Source: an uncultured Chitinophaga sp. (lineage in GTDB: Bacteria; Bacteroidota; Bacteroidia; Chitinophagales; Chitinophagaceae). From it: a stretch of 64,000 bases of DNA. A program made the translations under genes and the position numbers. The stretch is from the NCBI GenBank assembly GCA_964641575.1, contig CAZXMP010000006.1, positions 1,627 through 65,626 of the forward strand. The letters are read 5' to 3'. The notes under the pieces are model-generated. The model searched no databases. It was given only the letters and a program-made list of their open reading frames with translations, and was not told where the DNA came from. Below, piece by piece: positions 48,409-58,558 of this stretch; position 1 is the stretch's first letter; each line of letters begins with the position of its first letter.

Positions 48409-48439
48409 AAAACGCTGACCCTAACCTGGTCAGCGTTTT
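48409..48439. terminator. Bidirectional intrinsic terminator
   Basis: AAAACGCTGACC-ctaacct-GGTCAGCGTTTT. Confidence 0.88.
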
Positions 48440-48459
48440 ACTCTCACCAATAATCAACC

Positions 48460-49527
48460 CTAATCAAATATTTTGTTCTGTCCGGCTGATACCATTTGTA
48501 CATTTAGTATTCCTTTTCTGCCAATAGTATTATCGCCATACAATACAAAAGCGATGATTTTACAATTGCTTTGCACAAAATTGGCAGCATTAAAACTGTA
48601 ATTTTTTTCCCATACATTTCCTTTCATTTGTTGAGCTACAGGAATTGCATCTCCAAAAATATCCGTTGCAGCAGACCGTAATACATTTCGATGATTAAAA
48701 TTGACAATAGGATTAGGCAAACCGAAATGGCCATAGTTTGCCTGATTATATTTTAAATTATCTTCTGCCAGCATTACTACAATTTTTAATGGCAAAGAAG
48801 TAGTAACATCAAACTTTACTTTTGCTTTTACATTTATAGTGTTTCCAACAAAACTTGTTTCGAAAGCAATTCCGAGAGGAGCTCTCTTTTGCATCAAATT
48901 ATCTAAGGTAGTGGTGTTGTTACCTGCCCATTTACCATCTCTGTTCAAAACAACTGTAGGCACACCATTAACTCCTAGTGCCGTTCTTAATTGTGGGTCG
49001 AAAATATACTGAAAGGGATCACTGCTGCCGCTTGGGCCATGCACTCCTACCGAAATAACATTTGGATTTGTGTTTGTATAATTTTCTAATGGAATAATAG
49101 TACCCGGACAAATGCCACACCAGGTTCCACTAAAACTTTCGGCCAATACTTTTTGTGAAAAAGGAGATGGCCCGGGACTTGTTGCTGTTAGCGTAACTGC
49201 AGGAGACATCTCTGCTCCCCTTATTGCTTTTACCTGATAGCTACCAGCTACAGCTGTATAAAACTTATTACCAGCGATAACTGAATTATTTACCATAATC
49301 ATTGATGAACTTGTTATATCCATGTTATTGGCATCTTTCACAGTTATAGTTGTTTCATCAAATCCATCAGCCGATATCTGGCTCTGACTAAGATTTACAA
49401 CCAATGTTGGATTAGTACCCCCTGGTGGATTAACAATATCAGGTGGAGTGTTGGCACCACCCTTTGAGCAGGATTCAATAATTACAGATAAACTAAATAC
49501 TGTTAAAAGTAGAAATGTATTCTTCAT
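48460..49527 (-). CDS. Omp28-related lipoprotein (Ig-like, CxxC thioredoxin-like and C-terminal Ig domains)
   Basis: Lipobox IESC; ESFSGTWCGICP; GVNGVPTVVLNR; FNHRNVLR. Start ATG 49527. Confidence 0.85.
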   Translation of the reverse strand: MKNTFLLLTVFSLSVIIESCSKGGANTPPDIVNPPGGTNPTLVVNLSQSQISADGFDETTITVKDANNMDITSSSMIMVNNSVIAGNKFYTAVAGSYQVKAIRGAEMSPAVTLTATSPGPSPFSQKVLAESFSGTWCGICPGTIIPLENYTNTNPNVISVGVHGPSGSSDPFQYIFDPQLRTALGVNGVPTVVLNRDGKWAGNNTTTLDNLMQKRAPLGIAFETSFVGNTINVKAKVKFDVTTSLPLKIVVMLAEDNLKYNQANYGHFGLPNPIVNFNHRNVLRSAATDIFGDAIPVAQQMKGNVWEKNYSFNAANFVQSNCKIIAFVLYGDNTIGRKGILNVQMVSAGQNKIFD

Positions 49528-49647
49528 GACAAATAGTTTTAGAAAAATGAATTGTATTTGTATAGGTTTTTGAATAATCAAATGTTTAAAATGTTATTTC
49601 CTTTTTTCGTCACTCAGCAGACATCTCTAAAAAATTAACAAATACCC

Positions 49648-50130
49648 ATGTATAAACTAATCGTTACTCTCGTGGTACTAACAGCCAATATAGCAGCCTA
49701 TTGCCAGAATGAACTACCTGCTATAACCATAAAAACACTGGCCGGAGAAGCAAAAAATTTTAATGAAATAGCAGGTAGCAAGGACACTATAGTAGTAGTA
49801 AGCTTTTGGGCCACCTGGTGCATTCCCTGTCTACAGGAATTAGAAACTATAAATGACCAATACACCGAGCGACAAAAAGAAAGCCTCTTTAAACTTATTG
49901 CTATATCAATAGATGACACAAGAACTGCTGCAAGGGTTCGTTCATTTGCAGCTGGCAAAGGCTGGGATTTTGAAATTTACCTGGATATAAACAGTGATTT
50001 AAAAAGAGCACTGAATGTAAATGATGTGCCTCACTTACTTATTATCAAAAATGGAAAAATCGTTTATCAGCAAAATGGATATGTACCGGGCAATGAAGTG
50101 GAGTTGTTTGAAAAAATAAAAACGCTATGA
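49648..50130 (+). CDS. TlpA-family thiol-disulfide oxidoreductase
   Basis: SFWATWCIPCLQEL. Confidence 0.92.
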   Translation: MYKLIVTLVVLTANIAAYCQNELPAITIKTLAGEAKNFNEIAGSKDTIVVVSFWATWCIPCLQELETINDQYTERQKESLFKLIAISIDDTRTAARVRSFAAGKGWDFEIYLDINSDLKRALNVNDVPHLLIIKNGKIVYQQNGYVPGNEVELFEKIKTL

Positions 50131-51698
50131 AAAAAATTATCGCTGTTATTGTATCCGCTTGCTTATTGCAGATCACTGCTGCTCAGTTGCCTGCTATCGG
50201 CGGCCATTTGAGCGGCAGTTTTGAATCCTACACACAGTTCTATCAGCCCGATATGAAGATCAATGCTATACTGCCGCAGGATAGAGTTGGTGCTAACAAT
50301 TTTTTAAAATTAGATTATAGTAATAAAAACTTTTCTGCCGGCGTACAATTTGAAAGTTATTTACCTAGCATTGCAGGTTTCCCTTTCAATATTAATGAAA
50401 GCAAACTGATAAACCGGTATTTTAAATACACGGCCAAAAAATTTTCTGTGCAGGTGGGTGATTTTTATGAGCAGTTTGGCAGCGGACTTGTTTTTCGTTC
50501 CTGGGAAAATCGGCAAATTGGAATTAACAATGCCATTGAAGGAGTTAATATACAAGCTTCGCCTCTTCACTTTATAAAAATAAAAGCAATAGCAGGGCGG
50601 CAACGAAAAATTTTTTCACATGCCAATTCAACTGTAAGAGGTGCTGATATTGAATTTGATTTATCAGGTATTAAAAAAGATGCTTCACCAAAAACAAGAA
50701 TAGCAGCAGGTTTTAGCTATGTTACCCGCTATCAACAATACACAGGCCCCGAGCCTGATTTTCCATCTACCGTAAAAGCTGCTGCTGCAAGAATTGATAT
50801 TAATGGACAAGCAGCATCGTTGGCAATTGAATATGTACATAAAGGCAAAGATCCCTCGGCACTAAATTTTATGAACATGGCAACAGGAAGGGCCTTGTTA
50901 ATTAACGGCTCATATGCCAAAAAAAATGTGGGAATAACGCTAAGCGTACGAAGTATTAATAATATGGATTTTCGGGGCGAAAGAGATGCTATAGGAACAG
51001 AAGTACCCGTAAACTTTATTCCGGCGCTGACAAAACAACACGACTATCTAACCACTAATATTTATGTGTACAACGCACAAGCATTAGGCGAAATCGGCGG
51101 GCAGGTAGATCTATTTTACAACCTGAAAGGAAATAATAACAAACCGTCCCGTTTCTCTCTTAATTTGTCGCAATACCGAAGCCCCAGTAACCCCGATGCA
51201 ATAATCAGCGTTAGCAATAATAAATATTTTCAGGACTTTAGTGTGGATTGGAAGAAAAAATGGAGTAGTAAATGGCATACCACTTTAGCTTATCACAACA
51301 TATTTTATAACAAATCGGTAGTAGAAGGTGGTATTTATGAAAATATAAAAGCAAATACTATTGTACTGAACGCACTGTATAAATATAGCCCCCTGAAATC
51401 GCTTCGTTTCGAATTACAAAGTTTATTCACCAAACAGGATAATGGTAATTGGTTTGCCGCTGTTACCGAGTTTGGCTTTGCACCAAACTGGTCATTTTAT
51501 GCAAGTGATTTGTATAATTATGGAATCACCAAAACACATTACCCTACACTTGGTGGCAGCTACACCAATAAAGGAAGCCGGTTCTCATTGAGCTATGGGC
51601 GGCAGCGAGCCGGATTGTTTTGTGTAGGGGGTATTTGCCGCTTTGTACCAGCAGCAACTGCAGTAACAGCAACATTAACTACCAGTTTCAATAACTAG
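50127..51698 (+). CDS. DUF6029-like outer-membrane beta-barrel protein
   Basis: QVGDFYEQFGSGLVFRSWE; C-terminal YGRQRAGLFCVGGICR. Confidence 0.75.
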   Translation: MKKIIAVIVSACLLQITAAQLPAIGGHLSGSFESYTQFYQPDMKINAILPQDRVGANNFLKLDYSNKNFSAGVQFESYLPSIAGFPFNINESKLINRYFKYTAKKFSVQVGDFYEQFGSGLVFRSWENRQIGINNAIEGVNIQASPLHFIKIKAIAGRQRKIFSHANSTVRGADIEFDLSGIKKDASPKTRIAAGFSYVTRYQQYTGPEPDFPSTVKAAAARIDINGQAASLAIEYVHKGKDPSALNFMNMATGRALLINGSYAKKNVGITLSVRSINNMDFRGERDAIGTEVPVNFIPALTKQHDYLTTNIYVYNAQALGEIGGQVDLFYNLKGNNNKPSRFSLNLSQYRSPSNPDAIISVSNNKYFQDFSVDWKKKWSSKWHTTLAYHNIFYNKSVVEGGIYENIKANTIVLNALYKYSPLKSLRFELQSLFTKQDNGNWFAAVTEFGFAPNWSFYASDLYNYGITKTHYPTLGGSYTNKGSRFSLSYGRQRAGLFCVGGICRFVPAATAVTATLTTSFNN

Positions 51699-51699
51699 T

Positions 51700-52653
51700 T
51701 TACAGTAACCCTTTTACAACCTCTGCCACCATTAACGGTCGGCCCAATGTATAATAATGAAGGACAGGTACACCGGCTTTCTTTAATTCTCTTGATTGAT
51801 TTAACAACCACTCAGTCCCTACTTTCTCCACATCCTCATCTGATTTGCATTGCATAACTGCTGTGCTAAGATCAGATGGTAGTTCAATAGAAAATGTTTT
51901 GGGCAACACCGTTAATTGTTTTCTTGTATAAATTGGTTTTAAACCCGGAATAATAGGAACCGTGATACCAATATCCCGGCAAGCTTTTTCAAAAGCAAAG
52001 AATTTTGCATTGTCAAAAAACATCTGTGTAATTATATAATCTGCACCTGCATCTACTTTAGCTTTTAAATATTGCAGGTCGGTATCCATGTTAGGTGCTT
52101 CAAAATGTTTTTCCGGGTAGCCGGCTACACCAATACAGAATTCTGTTTTATGTGTTCCTTTTAATTCATCTTCTAAATAAATACCTGCATTAAGATTAGC
52201 CACCTGTTTCAGCAAATCACTTGCATATTTATGACCGCCCGGTTCTGGTTCAAATGTTGTTTCATTTTTTGCTGCATCGCCCCGCAGCACCAGCACATTG
52301 TCAATGCCGAGATAACGCAAATTGATCAACGCATCTTCTGTATCATTAATACTAAAGCCGCCGCAGATAAGATGCGGCACAGTATCAACATTGTATTTAT
52401 TCATGATAGCAGCACAAATACTTTCCGTACCCGGTCGTTTGCGAATGACTACTTTTTGGAAATTACCATCCGCTGTTTTCTTAAATACATGCTCGCTACG
52501 GTGGTAGGTAACATTAATAAAAGAGGGCTTGAACTCCATTAAGGGGTCAAGATGCTTGTAAAGTGCTTCAATGCCTTTACCTTTTAAGGGGGGTAAAACT
52601 TCAAAAGAAATCAGAGTATCTTTCGCTTGTGCTATATGGTCTGTTACTTTCAT
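51700..52653 (-). CDS. metF: 5,10-methylenetetrahydrofolate reductase
   Basis: SFEVLPP, VPHLIC, VLRGD, VAGYPEKH, ITQMFFD, HYYTL. Confidence 0.95.
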   Translation of the reverse strand: MKVTDHIAQAKDTLISFEVLPPLKGKGIEALYKHLDPLMEFKPSFINVTYHRSEHVFKKTADGNFQKVVIRKRPGTESICAAIMNKYNVDTVPHLICGGFSINDTEDALINLRYLGIDNVLVLRGDAAKNETTFEPEPGGHKYASDLLKQVANLNAGIYLEDELKGTHKTEFCIGVAGYPEKHFEAPNMDTDLQYLKAKVDAGADYIITQMFFDNAKFFAFEKACRDIGITVPIIPGLKPIYTRKQLTVLPKTFSIELPSDLSTAVMQCKSDEDVEKVGTEWLLNQSRELKKAGVPVLHYYTLGRPLMVAEVVKGLL

Positions 52654-52744
52654 TGCTCGTCAAAATTCGTGCAAACATACGCTGGAAGCTAAACATATCA
52701 AAAGCAATATGCAAAAGACGCAAGACCAGATTATATAAGCTTTA

Positions 52745-53482
52745 TTAGAATCTTATTCCAATCGAAAGACCAAAACGAATACCCGGCAAAAAACCATTGT
52801 AGCTGGTCTTTACATTTCGGTTGGCAGCATTCACTGTAACATCAAGATTATTTTTTAGTAACGGAATATCATTGACAAAATCATTTATTTCATTCTCAGC
52901 ATCCTGTGCTTCGGCATTGCTCCAGGGTAAACCAGCCCCTGTTTCCTGTGCCATGAAATCATGTTTAGCACTATTTGCTTCGGGACCTAAAAAATAGAAG
53001 TCAATCGCTACTCTTTTTGCAATCAAAAATTGAACACCAAACTGGGCTCCTACACCAAAACCATTGTAATCACTTGTTACCAGAAAAGGTCGTTCCGTTC
53101 CGTCAATTTCAAAATCAGTATTAGTAGTGGCTTCATTCTTCAAATATTTCAAGTACGGCTCTAAATACAAACCTCTCATTGGTTTTTTGCCAAAATACAT
53201 ACGATAGCCCGCCATTACAGACATGGTTTTCATAGTAAGGCTACGATCCTCACCATCCACTTCAGCTCTGAGTGTTTTTTCAAAAGGAATGCCCACATTG
53301 AATGTGATAGATTTTTTTTGCTTGAAGTTAAACTCTGAGCCTAACCCTATTTTACCAAAGGCAAGACTGGCGGGAGACCATTTAATGATAAATGATTTAT
53401 CGAATGCAGGCTTATCTTCACTTTGTGCTTTAACCCCGGTAAAAAGGGGTAAAAAACTTAAAAACAGGATTACTTTTTTCAT
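52745..53482 (-). CDS. Outer-membrane beta-barrel protein (DUF3575-like)
   Basis: Signal peptide, amphipathic strands, terminal GLSIGIRF. Confidence 0.7.
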   Translation of the reverse strand: MKKVILFLSFLPLFTGVKAQSEDKPAFDKSFIIKWSPASLAFGKIGLGSEFNFKQKKSITFNVGIPFEKTLRAEVDGEDRSLTMKTMSVMAGYRMYFGKKPMRGLYLEPYLKYLKNEATTNTDFEIDGTERPFLVTSDYNGFGVGAQFGVQFLIAKRVAIDFYFLGPEANSAKHDFMAQETGAGLPWSNAEAQDAENEINDFVNDIPLLKNNLDVTVNAANRNVKTSYNGFLPGIRFGLSIGIRF

Positions 53483-53655
53483 GCTAATAGTTTAACTTTT
53501 AGTAATCTAATATACTCTTTTATTATCGTTGGGTATCAAATTGGTTTATTGTGTCATGAATATAATATCACAGCAAGAAGTTGTTTAAAAAATGAGTTTG
53601 TTAAATCAATTGTTGATACTAGGCTTCTGTGTATGATCCCTTATTTTTGCTACTT

Positions 53656-54423
53656 ATGGCAGTTACCATCAGCACCAAAAACCTGGTAAAAAAATACGGC
53701 AGCCGTACGGTTGTTAATGATGTATCCCTAGAAGTGAAACAGGGAGAGATCGTTGGGCTGCTAGGGCCAAACGGTGCCGGTAAAACGACTTCTTTTTACC
53801 AGGTGGTGGGGTTAATAAAGCCCGACCAGGGAGATGTTTTTTTGAATGATCAAAATATTACCAAATTACCCATGTATAAAAGGGCGCAAATGGGGATTGG
53901 TTACCTGCCGCAGGAAGCATCCATTTTTCGCAAATTGAGTGTGGAAGATAATATTAGTGCCATACTGGAAATGACAAAGCTTACGAAGCAGCAGCAAAGG
54001 GACAAATTGGAATCGTTGCTCAATGAATTCCGTCTGCAGCATGTACGCAAAAGCAATGGTGATGTATTAAGTGGCGGTGAAAGAAGACGAACTGAAATTG
54101 CAAGGGCCTTATCCGTTGATCCAAAATTTATTTTACTGGACGAACCTTTTGCGGGTATTGATCCGATTGCGGTAGAAGATATTCAGGCCATCGTAGCGAA
54201 ACTAAAGTATAAGAACATTGGAATTTTGATAACCGACCATAATGTAACCGAAACCTTATCTATTTGCGACAGAGCTTATCTGTTGATTGAAGGAAAAATT
54301 TTCAAACATGGTACTGCCGAGGAGTTGGCAGAAGATGAGCAAGTACGAAAACTATATCTCGGTAGAAATTTCGAGTTGAAACGCAAGGATTATTTGCATG
54401 AAGAAGCAAGAGGTGAGGAATAA
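53656..54423 (+). CDS. lptB: LPS export ABC transporter ATPase
   Basis: [42 protein letters not shown]. Start ATG 53656. Confidence 0.96.
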   Translation: MAVTISTKNLVKKYGSRTVVNDVSLEVKQGEIVGLLGPNGAGKTTSFYQVVGLIKPDQGDVFLNDQNITKLPMYKRAQMGIGYLPQEASIFRKLSVEDNISAILEMTKLTKQQQRDKLESLLNEFRLQHVRKSNGDVLSGGERRRTEIARALSVDPKFILLDEPFAGIDPIAVEDIQAIVAKLKYKNIGILITDHNVTETLSICDRAYLLIEGKIFKHGTAEELAEDEQVRKLYLGRNFELKRKDYLHEEARGEE

Positions 54424-54597
54424 TCAACTTTCTGTTTTTTAATAGCTATGTTGCTTCTTCAAAAAACACAAATACCCAATAGACCGGATGCTGGATGTAT
54501 TATTCTTTAGCTATACTTGCGGTAGCATAAATATTCCGTGCCATCGGATTAAGACTCTAAACAGTTTACTTTCAGATATAGTTAAACACAGAAATAA

Positions 54598-57500
54598 ATG
54601 AAATACTTTTTTGTGTTCGCCACCATCTTTATTTCCCTTTTTTCTGAAGGACAAATTTCGCCATCCCTTACGGTTCCCCGGGGACACAAGAATATTGTCC
54701 GGAACTGCTTCTTTACCCCCAACGATAAGTATTTAGTATCGATAGATGACGATCATGTCCTGTGCATATGGGATGGAGATGACGGAAGGCAACTTTTCAC
54801 TTTGCGGGACAGCGCTGCTTCCTTTAATAAAATCGAAATGAACAATGCAGGATCCGTCATTGCTGCCCTAACCGATTCTGGCCAGTTGTATATTATTGAT
54901 TTCATACAATTAAAAGTGAAGGCCCGTTTTAATAACATTAATGTCTTTAGTATGAATAAAACAGATGGCTCTGTTTTATTTGTTACTAAGGGTGGGCAAC
55001 TGAATAGATGTTCTGCCCCAACTTTTTCAGCTGAAAAGACCGGGTATAAGAAATCATTAGATCCAACAAAGATCTTCGCTTTGTCGTCTTCAGAAATTGC
55101 GATTGATGACAAAAAAAATGGGATACTTGTCATTAATATCAATACAGGTACTTTCTGGAAAGTAACATCTCCTGGACTTCAATTACTAAACTTATTAGAC
55201 TACCACCCATCCGGGCATCTGCTATGTGTCAATAAAACTACTACCGCTGCATCGATTATTAGTATCGGCATAAAAAACCGTAGCACAAACGGAACAATCC
55301 AGATAAAAAGTAAGATCGGGAGTCTCGACTGTGCATTTACTACAAACCCACAACAAGTTATTCTAACGAAGCTGCCAGACGAAGAGGCTATAGAAGGTAC
55401 AGTATTTTTTGAAGCCCCATCGCTTTATTCGCTAAAGACTGGAAAGGAGCTTATGAAACTGGGAAGCGAATATGTTTCTACTATCGGGGAAATGGACTTG
55501 AATATCTCCAGTAGAAGCATGGTAGCCGAATACAAACCCGACTACTCGTACCAGGTTTTCTTTCAATATGATTTTTTACGGAACACTCGTTTGCAAGTAT
55601 CTGGAAAACCTGCCACTCATGCAGTAAAATCAAAATTTGCCTGTGCGAATAACTCCAATAAGATTGCCGCCTTCAATAAAGACATGCTGCTTCCGGTTAT
55701 TTACCGGGATGGTATAATCAGCACTGATGAGCCCGGGGGAATAAAAAAATACAATGACCTTTCAATTAATATTTCTAAAAGTCCATACAAAACAAATAGT
55801 ACCCAATTCAGCTTTTTATTTTCGAATGAAGTGGCTATTAATGATTCCATGAAGCTGGTGACAACAGATACCGCCGATATCAACAGCAACTTGTACACGG
55901 GTATTATTTACAGGCGAACTGATAATGCTGTTACTGATAGTTTCCGCTTTATGTATCATCAACTCATAAGGCCCTATTTTAATGCAGAGAGTCTTTTCTG
56001 GTCTGCTGATTCTACATTTTATGTGCTAGATCTTTCCCGCCTGACAATAAGTGACAGCAACACCTTTAAAGGTATGAAGATCGAAAATCTTATGAAGGCT
56101 GGTTATGACATCCTCATTGAAAATTATAAATACAATATCCGGCAGAAAAAAATCACCGATACGGCCCTTATTTTTCCGGGTTCGCTACTCCAACCTTACA
56201 AGGAAAATAATTATTCCCGGCGTTTGGAGGGATATAATTTCAGTAGTGCTGAAATAAATGATTATGATTATACCAATGGAATTGTCTGGAAATACCCGTT
56301 TTTCACAGACAGAGTTGATACAGTAGCCGTATACGGTACTGACGGAGAAATTATTTCTTACCAGGCAATGATTAGAGAATCGTATTTACGATATGAATCC
56401 CTTGATATGACCAATGACAGATATAATTCTTTATCAGATGAAATTGAAAAACTCTCTGTGCTGCAAGTAAGGTACTGGGATGACAGTTGCTACATTATTA
56501 TGACGAGACAAAACAAATTGTTGATTTATTCTTTAAAGAAAGATAGTGTTATCAAAAAAATTGATTGCCCCACCAGTTCTGTATACTGGAATTTAAAATC
56601 TTCCATGTTTATACAAGACCATAATAAATATTTAATTGTTTCGCTTAAAGAACAAAATACCTGCTATATAGTGGATGTAGTAGGTGGAAAAATTATCGCT
56701 CACTTAAATGGATATTATAACCCGCTGATCAGGCAACCCGCCGACTTGCTGGTGTTAGAAGATGCAGCTTTTGGCAATTACTACGTATATAGTAATAAAA
56801 ACTACCAGTACGTTTCAACTATAACTCCCTTTTCTAAAACAGATTATGTTGTAACTACTAGTAATGGGCTGTTTGATGGAACTGAAAAAGCTATTGAAAA
56901 CCTTTATCTCCTAATCAATGATGCAGAAGACAAAAGCAAGCCTTGGAAAACAATTGACCTCACACAATTAAAAGCTAAGTATTATATACCTGGCCTATGG
57001 GATAAACTAATGGCAGGTGACTCCAGCGATTTGCCTGATGTGGAAAGTATTAAAAGCATATCCCTTGCACCCGAAATAATTGCCGACACCGCTTATTCAT
57101 TTACAAAACCATATAAAATCACTTTGCTTGATAAAGGAGGTGGAATAGGCGCTGTAAGAATTGTGGTAAATGGAAAAGAAATAATTGCTGATGCAAGGAA
57201 TGGAAAAGCTATTTCCACTAAAAAGATGTTGCTTGCTGTTGATCTGCAGCCATACAAAAAATATTTTGGCAGTAATAATAATACCATACAGGTCTTTTCT
57301 TCTAACACTGATAGTAGCTTAACATCCCGTGGGCTTATAGTTTCTTCCAGCAAAACCGGCAAGCAGGCTAATCCCAAATTGTTTGTCATCAGTATTGGAA
57401 CCAGTAATTACAAAGGTGAAGAGATGGATCTTCAATATTCTTCTAAAGATGCAATTGACATTAGTATTGCTTTAAAAACAGGTGCGCAAAAATTATTCAG

Positions 57501-58530
57501 TGCGGATAGCACTTTCATTTATTCGCTTACTAGCGATGCCACGGATTCTACTTACCTTCCTTCCAAGTATAATATAGAAAGAATTTTTCTGGAAATAAGT
57601 AAAAAGGCTACTGCAAAAGATATTGTTATTCTTTACCTGAGTGGCCACGGAATAAATGCAAGTGGCGATTTTTTCTACCTTACAAAAGATGCTTACACTA
57701 CCAATTCATCCGCATACACTTTTAAAGAAATATTAAAAGCTGTTGCTATTAGCAGCAATGAGTTTACCGAATATTTAAAAAAAATTACGGCGCAAAAGCA
57801 GGTTTTAATTATAGACGCCTGTGCTTCAGGAAAAATAGTGGAGAATCTTGTTACACATCGTGATGTTCCATACAGTACATTGAAGGCTTTAGACAGACTA
57901 AAAGATAGAACAGGCACACATATAATTACAGGTTGTACAGCAGATGCTGTTAGTTACGAAGCTTCAAGGTTTAGACAAGGGTTGCTTACCTACAGCTTAT
58001 TGGAAGGAATAAAGGGTGCTTCTCTCCGTGACAATAAATTTCTTGACATTGCACAATGGTTTCAATATGCCAGAGAAAGGGTGCCACAATTGGCTACTGG
58101 TTTAGGTGGTATTCAAACGCCACAAGTATATAGTCCTGCAGGAAATGAAAGTTTTGATGTGGCAGAATTAAATGAAGAAGAAAAAAAGCTGATCCCTCTG
58201 ACCCAAGGTAAATCCGTTTTTATTAAAAGTAGTTTTCAGGAAGAAGAAAAATATGTCGATATTCTTTCAATTGGCCGGCTTATTGATAACCACCTCTATG
58301 AAACTTCATCCGCCAACACGAAGGCTGATTTTGTTTTTTTCCCGGTTAATGAATTTCCTGACTCTTACCAGGTTTTAGGAAGATATAAAGCTATCAATGG
58401 TCAAATAATTGGTACTATAAAAATTATTCATACTTCAAAGCAGGAGATTGCAAGTTCTTTTTCGGTCACCGTTAGTGATGCAAAAGCACTTTCACTGATA
58501 GTTTTAGAAAAAATAAAGGAATTAAAATAA
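54598..58530 (+). CDS. Large secreted caspase-family (C14) peptidase with WD40-like N-terminal repeats
   Basis: Signal peptide; GHKNIVRNCFFTPNDKYLVS...IWD; catalytic LSGHG and IIDACASG. Confidence 0.85.
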   Translation: MKYFFVFATIFISLFSEGQISPSLTVPRGHKNIVRNCFFTPNDKYLVSIDDDHVLCIWDGDDGRQLFTLRDSAASFNKIEMNNAGSVIAALTDSGQLYIIDFIQLKVKARFNNINVFSMNKTDGSVLFVTKGGQLNRCSAPTFSAEKTGYKKSLDPTKIFALSSSEIAIDDKKNGILVININTGTFWKVTSPGLQLLNLLDYHPSGHLLCVNKTTTAASIISIGIKNRSTNGTIQIKSKIGSLDCAFTTNPQQVILTKLPDEEAIEGTVFFEAPSLYSLKTGKELMKLGSEYVSTIGEMDLNISSRSMVAEYKPDYSYQVFFQYDFLRNTRLQVSGKPATHAVKSKFACANNSNKIAAFNKDMLLPVIYRDGIISTDEPGGIKKYNDLSINISKSPYKTNSTQFSFLFSNEVAINDSMKLVTTDTADINSNLYTGIIYRRTDNAVTDSFRFMYHQLIRPYFNAESLFWSADSTFYVLDLSRLTISDSNTFKGMKIENLMKAGYDILIENYKYNIRQKKITDTALIFPGSLLQPYKENNYSRRLEGYNFSSAEINDYDYTNGIVWKYPFFTDRVDTVAVYGTDGEIISYQAMIRESYLRYESLDMTNDRYNSLSDEIEKLSVLQVRYWDDSCYIIMTRQNKLLIYSLKKDSVIKKIDCPTSSVYWNLKSSMFIQDHNKYLIVSLKEQNTCYIVDVVGGKIIAHLNGYYNPLIRQPADLLVLEDAAFGNYYVYSNKNYQYVSTITPFSKTDYVVTTSNGLFDGTEKAIENLYLLINDAEDKSKPWKTIDLTQLKAKYYIPGLWDKLMAGDSSDLPDVESIKSISLAPEIIADTAYSFTKPYKITLLDKGGGIGAVRIVVNGKEIIADARNGKAISTKKMLLAVDLQPYKKYFGSNNNTIQVFSSNTDSSLTSRGLIVSSSKTGKQANPKLFVISIGTSNYKGEEMDLQYSSKDAIDISIALKTGAQKLFSADSTFIYSLTSDATDSTYLPSKYNIERIFLEISKKATAKDIVILYLSGHGINASGDFFYLTKDAYTTNSSAYTFKEILKAVAISSNEFTEYLKKITAQKQVLIIDACASGKIVENLVTHRDVPYSTLKALDRLKDRTGTHIITGCTADAVSYEASRFRQGLLTYSLLEGIKGASLRDNKFLDIAQWFQYARERVPQLATGLGGIQTPQVYSPAGNESFDVAELNEEEKKLIPLTQGKSVFIKSSFQEEEKYVDILSIGRLIDNHLYETSSANTKADFVFFPVNEFPDSYQVLGRYKAINGQIIGTIKIIHTSKQEIASSFSVTVSDAKALSLIVLEKIKELK

Positions 58531-58558
58531 TTCCAATTACTTTGTAGGGTATCATAAA

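Noticed and set aside
52654-52744. SAM riboswitch upstream of metF
   Set aside because: The predicted -7 box leaves only about 18 nt of leader and no aptamer motif is visible.
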